NCBI RefSeq assembly: GCF_002113885.1
Contig: NW_018405547.1
Location: forward strand, 23,826 to 87,825
Direction: 5' to 3'
DNA from: Mizuhopecten yessoensis
Taxonomy: Eukaryota
DNA length: 64,000 bases
Positions 53,773 to 64,000 of this stretch are shown piece by piece; the stretch's first letter is position 1, and the number at the start of each line of letters is the position of its first letter. The position numbers and the translations under genes were made by a program. The notes beneath the pieces were generated by a model. It saw only the letters and a list, made by a program, of their open reading frames with translations. It searched no databases and was not told the DNA's origin.

Positions 53773-54130
53773 ATGAACTATCTAACCTTTGCCTTTTCGA
53801 CCTTCACCTTTCTCGTGACCCTTGGCTGCTGCCTTGGGGACGGTTATGGTGGCTACGGTGGATATGGAGGTGGATATGACATGTATGGAGGCTATGGAGG
53901 TTATGGCGGATACGGAGGGGGATACGGCGGGTCCGGAGGGGGATATGGTCAGGGATATGGAAAAGGATACGGTGGGGGATATGGCCAGGGATATGGACAA
54001 GGATACGGAGGGAAAGGTTATGGCATGTCCCAACAGGCATTGTACATCCCCTATCCTATGCCAGTAGGTCCCGCTCCAGGTGCTGTCGCGGGAGCCTACG
54101 CAGCCGGAGATGACAATTCCCTCCTTCTGT
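53773..54130 (+). CDS. Gly/Tyr-rich secreted structural protein (paralog C), main coding exon
   Basis: TTCAG| acceptor at 53765; signal peptide MNYLTFAFSTFTFLVTLGCCLG; GGYG repeats; phase-1 donor. Confidence 0.9.
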
Positions 54131-54277
54131 GTGAGTATTATATCTAATATTTAAAATCTCCAAAAGTTCATATATTAACATAGGTCGAAAGTATTTGCAA
54201 ATAAGAAACCATAAATCAATATAATTTGATAAAGTACCTTCAAATAATGTTATTTACTTGTATACGATTACTTTCAG

Positions 54278-54330
54278 TTGGAGGCGCCGCCTTGCTTCTG
54301 CTGCTGTTGAGTAACAACAATATTGGATAA
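54278..54330 (+). CDS. Paralog C last coding exon (FGGAALLLLLLSNNNIG*)
   Basis: Phase-1 acceptor, TAA at 54328-54330; 136 aa total; AATAAA at 54623. Confidence 0.85.
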
Positions 54331-55949
54331 GTCACCACTTAAATCTCGAACTACAACGGGTATGTATGCTTAGAAATTAGTAATCGTTACAATGCTTCTA
54401 GAATAAAAATGAGTAAATGTTCGAAACAAATGAAATAGAACAACATTAATACAATTTACAATTAGATATTATAGCAAATCATACCTTGTAATTACAACGC
54501 CATTTTCATTTTGTTGTTTTGTTTCAGATTACAGACCTGATTCTCATTTTTTGTGCGCAAGATTCATTGACTGTTACCAAAGACCCCGGTGTGTTTCCTG
54601 TTTTACTGTATATTGGTTCTTCAATAAAGTATGGCTATCTATAGATTATTTGTGGTATCTGTTACTTCACGATTGAATTGCTTATTTTGAAAATTTGGAG
54701 ATACAATAAGCTCATATGAACGTTTAAAACGTAACTTGCAATGTATTTGGTACACACTGGTTTGACCATTTTAAATGGTATCTGGCTTTATAACAATTCC
54801 ATACAAGAAGCTAATTAACAAAATAACAAAAATAAAAACAATAAAAAATAATAATATAATATTCAGTTTATCACTTATACTGTCATGATCATCGCTATAC
54901 CGATAACGACTATTGATAAAGAAGTAAAGTTGTCTCATATTGAAGTAAATGTGCACTATCATTAGACACAATAGTCGAAATGTTATTGACAGAGAAGATA
55001 TTAAGAAAACTTCACTCAAGATTTCCATGTGCTGTTCTGAAATATTGCATTGAAGCCTTATTTTATCGATCCTCTTATGCACTAAATTCGGACAATACGT
55101 GTTAAATGTAATTGTGTTTCGGTATTTTTAAATAAACAAACCCCTACGACAATGAGGATTACAAGTGAAAATTGATTCCCTACTGCAGAGTTGTTTTCTC
55201 CTTATTAGAATTGACCAATGAACGACTTATGAAGGCTTTCTACTTCGAAAGCTTCTATCTACAACGAAGACATTTTACCGTCGATATCGTGGCATGATTT
55301 GTATCGATGAAGTTTTTGCTACGATTATATATTTGTTGACTTCTGAAATTGTTGATGACATGTTTATTTTCTTATACATAACACTTAGTGCTCGAAGGAT
55401 CTTTCAATAATATTACCTGTTTTCACCTGGATTTTTCGTTTCGTTGTCATGACATCTTTACTTTGCATTGACATAGTGGTATGTTTATATACTTCAGAAT
55501 AGCAACACTAGTCTATTGTAATGACACTATGGATTCATTTTATACAAGTTTATCCAACAAACATTTCACATTCAAAGAATGGAAAGAAGCAACACAATGG
55601 GTGCACTATTACTTTTATTTGTATCGCTGGCGAGAATGCAATCAATGCGTCGGTCAATAGCGACCTTCATGAGACATATACGGGTATGTTAGAAAAATAT
55701 ATAAAAAATGTAGTTAGTTGAATGCATAACAAACCATTCACAAGAAGATGAAGTAAAGACATTTTGTAGGATATCGCTTGCCATATATCAGAATAAAAGG
55801 GACCATTATGAGTGATTGAAACCTAGGCTTTTGATCCATCTGCAATATTTCTTACTTACATCTCGGTTGGTTACAGATTACAATGCCTTACCATTCATGA
55901 TTTATTTTTGACGGATTTGATATACATCATCTTATGGAGCTGTTATTTT

Positions 55950-56015
55950 TTGTTTGGTTTTGGTTTTATAGGGTCGAACGTCCTATTAACAGCCAAGGTA
56001 TTTTAAGGACATGTG
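55950..56015 (-). mobile_element. 3' end fragment of the same SINE family as 7834-8022
   Basis: Minus strand GTCCTTAAAATACCTTGGCTGTTAATAGGACGTT...AAACCAAAACCAAAC parallels the 3' end of the 7834 element. Confidence 0.55.
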
Positions 56016-57642
56016 TGTTATGTATGCGTGCACATGTTTATTTGTGCTGGTGGATGTATGTAGGTGTATTTGCTTCCTTGTAGTAGCATGGGTCTGGTGC
56101 CGACGTTGGAATGCTACCTCACTGCAATCCCCACCATTCTTACACTGGTTAACCAGTTGTTGCCATTTCCTAAGGATGATAAACTTATAGCAAGGGAAAA
56201 CAAACATCACTTTTCAGGATTTTGGTATGTCCCACCCTTCCTTAGTTGGGCAAACTGGTTCAACACCATGGACAAAAGTGAGTTATTGCCAAGAAACTCG
56301 CTAGGTGTTGAAAAGGTTGTGAGGAAGCAGAGAGAAAATCCCCCAAAATCGAAAATGTCGCTATGTGTAATATAGATTTGTTATAGTTGCATTTGTATCC
56401 GTAAGTTTAGAGCACAAAAACGAAACGTCAAGCCTGCAGGGGGTTCCAACATTTATTGCCTCTTACAAAATGTAGGTAACAGCAGATATATATATTTCTC
56501 CATCCCGCCCTGAAGGGGTGTAGCTGAAACATACTTACATGTTTCCTTTCATTTATAAGCAAATGTTTTTTTGTTTTAGCACAAGAAATGTTACAGCGGC
56601 TGACATGCATATTTTGCTGTAACAGACAACCAATGGGTTACTTAGTGTTAATCAAAATAATAACTATGGATTCGAACTGTGGAGGCACTTGTTAAAAGTA
56701 CGTCAAGTTAGAAAACCGAACAAAGTAAAACAAATTAAAGGTACTGCCGCTTCGCCCGTTTATACCATCCTTTATGACGTAACCAATTAATAAGTTTTGG
56801 CTAGAACAGATAATTAACTCTTAAACTAATATTTTATGAAAAATCGCGCAATCGTCAATTCCATCTAAAACGTTGCGACCATCCGAATTAGGGACTGATA
56901 TCCTACCACCAGTGTAAACCATCTTATGACGTAATATATTTCCTAGAAATAAGAGGTAGGGGATTTAACGGATATGAACGAGTCTTGGTGAAGTGTTGTG
57001 CTGTAGCTGTCAAACGCATTTAAAAAAAAGAATATTTAAAATTGATATTATTATCTTATACAAAAGGAGTTTGATATCATTAATATCTTTATAAATAAAA
57101 TGCTTTTATATTTTATATTAAGAAGAGGTTCATGCAGCTTCTTCATATTTTTTTTTTGATAAAATGAAAAATTGATGCCAAATATTACAATATGTATATG
57201 GTATTACTGATAACTAATAACATTCTTAAATAGACGTATACTAAAAATGTGCAGTAACTATAAACATATTTAATGGTTAAAACGTTAATATATGAACAAT
57301 TCATATAATACTAGAACAGACAGCCAGATATTAGGAACGGGTTTAAGCAATATCTACATTTTAAATAAAACATAAAATGATCAGTTCTCAAATGGACATT
57401 TTCAACGTTTTTTGATACAGTATCTTTATAAATTATAACGGGAGGTTTCTAGTTTCTAGTTCCATTATAATTAATTGAGATATTTCAAACAATTAAGATA
57501 GCTCATGTAATATTCCTGAATCAACTCAGATGTATATATTAATTTTTTAGTTTTACAATCAAAAGTATCTCGTATGCAATAATTCAGTAAGATATATCTA
57601 TATATTATAAATCAGAAAAATTATCCTTACGGACGAATAAAT

Positions 57643-57781
57643 ATATAAAGAAAAATTCTTAACAACGAGTCTTTAGTACTTTCATCTCTTCTAGGAGATT
57701 TCTTCAGACTCAGAGTCTGAAGAATCTCCTAGAAGAGATGAAAAGACTAAAGACTCGCTGTTAAGAATTTTTCTTTATATA
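57643..57781. repeat. ~140-bp near-perfect palindrome centred at 57712 with hammerhead-like cores
   Basis: Arms are reverse complements with few mismatches; CTGAAGA-ATCTC-loop-GAGAT-GAAA at 57717-57743. Confidence 0.85.
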
Positions 57782-58134
57782 ATATATATATATATAGATA
57801 TAATCAAAAATTATACTAAACCTTACCGTGAATAAAAATATGCAGTCAATGTTTAATGACTAACAAGGTTTTCCTAGGTCACGAAGCTTATCTGAGAATG
57901 TTTTAGTAATAAATTAATATCACCCGTTTTCTACTTAATTACCACAAACATTAGAACTCTGCCGTTTAGCGTAAAACTTAATTTCGTTCGATGCATCAAA
58001 ACGCTTCATATTTTTTATCAGTGTATGAAATACGCTTACAACAAGACAACGACGAGATAAGCAATGAACAACATGACATGATAACACAACATCATGTCAT
58101 AATGACATAACAACATGATGAAATCACTCAACAA

Positions 58135-59600
58135 CATAGCATGGATACTCAACACCATACCATGAATCCTCAACACCATACCATGAATACTCAACACGAT
58201 GCTGTTTCAACTCAACAACATTACGCGACCACTCAACAACATAGCATGAATACTCAACACCATACCATGAATACTCAACACCATACCATGAATACTCAAC
58301 AGCATACCATGAATACTCAACACCATACCATGAATACTCAACACCATACCATGAATACTAAACACCATACCATGAATACTCAACACCATACCATGAGTAC
58401 TCAACACCATACCATGAATACTCAACACGATGCTGTTTCAACTCAACAACATTACGCGACCACTCAACAACATACCATGAATACTCAACACCATACCATG
58501 AATACTCAACACCATACCATGAATACTCAACACCATACCATGAATACTCAACACCATACCATGAATACTCAACACCATACCATGAATACTCAACACCATA
58601 CCATGAATACTCAACACCATACCATGAATACTCAACAACATAGCATGAATATTCAACACCATAGCATGAATACTCAACACCATACCATGAATACTCAACA
58701 CCAAACCATGAATACTCAACACCATACCATGAATACTCAACACGATGCTGTTTCAACTCAATAACATTACGCGACCACTCAACACCATACCATGAATACT
58801 CAACACCAAACCATGAATACTCAACACCATAACATGAATACTCAACACCATACCATGAATACTCAACACGATGCTGTTTCAACTCAACAACATTACGCGA
58901 CCACTCAACAACATAGCATGAATACTCAACATCATAGCATTAATATTCAACACTATACCATGAATACTCAACACCATAGCATGAATACTCAACACCATAG
59001 CGTGAATACTCAACACCAAAGCATGAATACTCAACACCATACCATGAATACTCAACATCATACCATGAATACCCAACACCATACCATGAATCCTCAACAC
59101 CAGACCATGAAACCTCAACACCATACCATGAATACTCAACACCATACCATGTATACTCAACACCATACCATGAATACTCAACACCATCCCATGAATACTC
59201 AACACGATGCTGTTTCAACTCAATAACATTACGCGACCACTCAACAACATAGCATGAATACTCAACACCATACCATGAATACTCACCACGATGCTGTTTC
59301 AACTCAACAACATTACGCGACCACTCAACAATATACCATGAATACTTAACACCATACCATGAATACTCAACACCATACCATGAATACTCAACACGATGCT
59401 GTTTCAACTCAACAACTTTACGCGACCACTCAACATCATACCATGAATACTCAACACCATACCATGAATACTCAACACGATGCTGTTTCAACTCAACAAC
59501 ATTACGCGACCACTTAACAATAGGATGAAATCACTTAACAACATAGCATGGATACTCAACATTTTAACATGAATACTTAACATCATAACACGATGCTGTT
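58135..59600. repeat. 21-bp minisatellite (CATGAATACTCAACACCATAC) with a recurrent 42-bp variant block
   Basis: Tandem units; source of the MNTQHHT ORFs, which are interrupted by stops. Confidence 0.95.
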
Positions 59601-59759
59601 TCAACTCAAAACCATTACGGGACCACTTAGCGACATAACCAGACTACTCGACATTACACTTTTTCGACTAAACACTATGGGACGTTAAGGCAAGTACATT
59701 TTTTACATGGAGAGACCACTGGACATCATACTATAATAGATCAACGTTATACAGTTCTA

Positions 59760-60435
59760 ACTCAACACCATGACATGTCAGCCTAACATAACAACATGTC
59801 CACCTAGCATTACAGCATGTCCACCCAGCATAATGGCATGTCAACCCAACAACGACATGTCAACCCAACATAATGACATGTCAACCCAACAACGACATGT
59901 CAACCCAACATAATGACATGTTAGCCCAACATAATGACATGTCAACCGAACATCACGGGATGTCAACTAAACATAATGACATGTTAACCCAAATTCATAA
60001 TATGCTAACCGAACATCTTGATATGTCAACACGACATAACGACATTTCCACTCAACATAATGACATGTCAACCCAACATCATGTCATGTTAACCCAACAT
60101 AATGATTTGTCAACCGAACATCATAACATGTCAACCCCACATAACGACATGTTCACCCAACATAATGACATGTCAAGCGAACAACGACATGTCCACCCAA
60201 AAACATAATGACATGTCAACCCAACATAATGACATGTCACCACAACATCATGATATGTTAACCAAACATCATGGTGTTTCAACCAAATATAACGACATAT
60301 CCACTCAATAAAATGACATGTCAACCGAACGTCATGACAAGTTAACCAATCATGACGACATGTCCACCCAGCATAACGACATGTCCAACCAACATAATGA
60401 CATGTCAACCGAACATAATGATATGTTAACCCAAC
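59760..60435. repeat. Diverged 21-bp minisatellite (ATGACATGTCAACCCAACATA)
   Basis: Tandem degenerate units. Confidence 0.9.
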
Positions 60436-61387
60436 TTAATATAAACAGACGTAGCGTTCCATATATCTTTAAGAACCTTACTACAGTTTAATTTTACACG
60501 TATGCATTCTAGTACTGGGAAAGTTAGTCTGAAGGAGGGTGTTTTGAACAGTTGCCGGTGATGTGGAATTATACTAACATGGAGACCTAATATATAGAGC
60601 ATCCGCAACCATACATCAATTTATTTAACTTCCCTAGTTAATTCGTTACCTATGTTTCAATATAAAGACGCGGATCATGGAATTTGTGAAGGAAGGTATG
60701 TGACTGGGGGAGGGGGATTGCGACTGGGAAAGGTGTTGGTTGGGGATGGAAGGTGATGGTAGCTTTCTGGTCAGGGTCACGCGGTGAAGCTACAATCGGT
60801 AATTTTGGAGGAACAAGGATCAGAAGCTTTGAAACAAGACAGCATATTTTCCGTAAATTGGAAGTTGGTTTGTATTTGTTATTTTTGGTTCACTCTTAAA
60901 CTGAGTTTTGAGTGCGATATGGAATATATATTTCCTTAAAATATATTATATTTTCTGTTGTAATTAGTTTGATATGTTTATAACGCAAGTGTTCACGTAA
61001 ACAGTTGCGAATTTTGCATCTTGATGAAAAAAAGGAAAATAAAATAAAGTGACTAGTTGAGAAAACGTTTTGGCGATTCGTTTATATCCCACTATTTGAT
61101 GCTTTTTGCACTAACCCTTGTAGCCGGTTGTAGGAAAAAGGGTAATCACTCAAACAGAATATTTAAAAAGCGATAACGGAGTTCATCCTGAAAAATTTCT
61201 AGCAGGAAACATTGATGAAAATAAATTGTTTAAATCCTTCATGATAGATCACATTAATCATTATTAATGTATTGTTTTGACAATATTTAATAATAAAATG
61301 AGAATTTTAGTATCCTTATTCACAGACTAATATGCTTGTTTTACTGAAGTCAGTTAATCTGATCGGAACATTAAATTACCAAGGCAG

Positions 61388-63689
61388 AGTAAGTAGGGGA
61401 GTCCCTAAGGGCAGAAATTTTGCTCCCGTGGGCATTTTTTGAAGGAAGCAAGGTACCTTGTTGTCAGTCGCGTATGCGCGTCACGTCGGTTTTATGACGT
61501 CATCAAAATAGCCGCGGAGATATTCTGCTTTTATTTAAATTCACCAATCTTTCTGCGTAAGTTACCAACGTTTAGGTGTTGTGACAAAAACTGACATTTA
61601 AATATTTAATAAACACATATATGCATATTTAAAAAAAGTTTGCGCTTTCTTAAAACATTTATATGCAACTTTGTGGTTATTTTAATCAATTAAGGACTGG
61701 AATTTGTGTAAAAATTATAAGATTAAACGTAAAACAAACGACTATAAACCTGACAATTATATACACGAAGGGATCTATTGTTTCTTTTCATCAATATGTC
61801 GCACAGTAACGAGCCTCAGGCAAATTAAACTGGTCATAAACGAAATAACAACATTTTTTGGATTTTAATTCCGGAACTGTGTGTCCCGTGTTTCGGTCGA
61901 TAATTTTTATTACTTCTGGTCAAAGTTATTCTCCGGGAAAATATGAAAATCCAGAAGAGGAATGCTTTTCTACGTATTGTTCTCCAGTTTGCTCATCTCA
62001 GCAGACACTATGGTAATATATTTATGAGAAGTATTTTGTAAATTTCAATTTCTGGTTTTACATAAGACAAAAGTATAGTGTTTTTGTTCATTGTTCGGTG
62101 TTTTGCTGTCATCAGATATCATGTTAATGTAAATAATTTCAGTAAGTTAAGTCTCCATGCATGTATTTTACATGTTAAACATGTTAAATAAGCTTTATTA
62201 GTAATAGTTTGTTTCATATACAGAACACTAAGATGTGTAATAATGCCTCGTAAGTCGGCGTTAGCGAATATTGTGGGAGGTTGTAAGATTAAAACCAATG
62301 TCGGTCAGGGATAACAAAATTCCGGATTTTTAAAAAAACTTCTTTTACCTCTATATTTTATATCTAAATAATAAACATTATTTAAAAGGTGTAACAACGT
62401 TATTATGTTATAATTATTTTTTATTTTAGTCAAAAAGAAGGCTATTTGAAGACAATCTGCTAATATCAAAACAACAACGTTTGGTGGACTATATAGCTTG
62501 CATAATATGTCAAAGTAAAACTTAAGAACCGTTGATTGAAGCATCTAAAACCCATGAAAAAGTGTTGGATGTTATCAGAGAAAGAGCGGGCTATTCTGAT
62601 TGTATATACCCTGAAGTATTTTCCAGACTATCATCAGAAACGTCGTATTCTCTGTTTGATAATAATGCAACGTGGCATTGTTCGTGTTATCAGAACACAG
62701 TAAATAAAACCCTCATCAACAGAGCGAAAGAACGATTTAGAAAAGACATCTCTAAACGACGAGGTGTAGCGTGTGATGAGGACACCAATCTCAACAAAAG
62801 TTTCACAAGATCCTCAACAAAACCATATGAGAAAGATGTATGCATCTTCTGTCAAAAATGTGGAACAAAACGTTTCCCTCTTCACCAGGTATACACATAT
62901 GATTATAATATATCAATTAAATTGATTTTCACTTTTTAATCACATGGTGATAAATCACCATACAAAACTAGTCAGACAGAATGTATAATAGATTAAATAA
63001 GCAAACGCTAACTTACACATGTGTGATTGAATGAACTGGTGTCCAATGTCTAATCAATGCACGCTATATGCAGGTTATTTCATTTTTAAGACCGTGAAAC
63101 AGTATTTCATTAATGTCCGCAAAGCAATATAAAGTTTATAGACATAATTAGATTGTTGATCATAATTCATTGTTCACTGTTAAGGTTATTGTCATACATA
63201 TGAATGTTAAAAAATACTAGTATTTTATAGTATCAGTGATCAGTCAAACAGCACTCTTAAACCGACCAGTCTGTAAATGCCTTAATGTGTTAATCAGATG
63301 TTAAACACCATGTCATCCCAACAGCATGATTCTATATTTATAATCAGGTTGCTACAATGGAAGCTGGAAAAAAATTAATTTTACCACATCCGGTGAAGAA
63401 AAACGCTATAATCAATTATGTTATATCAGGAAACCAAAATTTGAACTCTTAATAAAACCAAATTTTGTGAAATATCTACTTAAATGTATTTATTATGCCA
63501 GAATTTTATGGCAAAATATTGTTGCTATGGCCGCCATTTTGATGACGTCATCAAATTGACCAGACGCGGTTGTCAGAATCTTCACAAACTTTTTTTTTTT
63601 ATTTAGGACACCATAACTTTTCAGAAAATCACCACCTCTAGCTTCCTTCAAAAAAATCCCACGGGATTCCCTTAGGGACTCCACTTACT
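61388..63689 (+). mobile_element. Internally deleted DNA transposon with imperfect TIRs and a transposase-like N-terminal fragment
   Basis: Left AGTAAGTAGGGGAGTCCCTAAGGG..CCCGTGGG..TTTTTTGAAGGAAGC vs right GCTTCCTTCAAAAAAATCCCACGGGATTCCCTTAGGGACTCCACTTACT; ORF 62532-62890 with WHCSCY..CIFCQ..LHQV. Confidence 0.7.
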
Positions 63690-64000
63690 GTTGAAAATAC
63701 GATTATTTATTCATTACATTGTTATTTCCTGACAAACAATTGTCAATTATAACAAAGGGGGCTTTTACTCGTTACAAAGCAAAGCACGAACTAAAATGTC
63801 GGCGCAACCTTAGAAACGATAGCACGAAGAAGTAGTCCCTGGAAAAGTTACCATAATCAGTCTAAAAAGTAGAAGAGAAAAATAATCATTTTTTTTTTTT
63901 ACTTGCATTGAAACATTCAATCTAAGCATGCTTCATGTAAAGTTACGTGGTATTCCTTACGCAACGACGTACCCGGTCAATTCATACCCCGGTACGATAT

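Larger units (their letters stand above)
45787..55185. repeat. Tandem segmental duplication, copy 2 (~9.4 kb including two TE insertions)
   Basis: Collinear with 39927-45786 apart from insertions at 48101-50980 and 51254-52579. Confidence 0.9.

Noticed and set aside
58141-59491. His-rich MNTQHHT metal-binding protein
   Set aside because: 21-bp minisatellite with internal stops, no signal peptide or splice context

Overview
AT-rich eukaryotic genomic DNA with spliceosomal GT-AG introns. The repeat content (tRNA-head SINE, Penelope-like RT, CR1/L2 and L1/Tx1 LINE relics) looks like a bivalve mollusc, possibly a scallop; this is an inference. Most long ORFs in the track are minisatellite translations. 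The real genes only appear after manual splicing. (1) A 4-exon secreted 230-aa protein (9153-18452, +) whose 16 mature cysteines follow the Argos/giant-lens (EGF-ligand trap) / scoloptoxin-11 pattern, behind a CCAAT/GC/ETS-like/TATA promoter. (2) A 196-aa secreted protein with a Leu-rich block and a poly-Gly/Arg/Met tail (25567-27010, +). (3) A three-member family of secreted GGYG/GKGY-rich proteins with a hydrophobic C-terminal tail: one inverted pseudogene with three lesions (34682-35724, -) and two intact copies (44216-44785 and 53773-54330, +). The intact copies come from a tandem duplication of about 5.9 kb with microhomology at its ends and a probable later gene-conversion tract. The second copy gained a 2.9-kb long-TIR transposon and a 1.3-kb MITE. 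Other items: a 51-bp satellite apparently built from a splice-acceptor/exon start, a palindrome carrying hammerhead-like cores, and a 2.3-kb TIR element near the window end.
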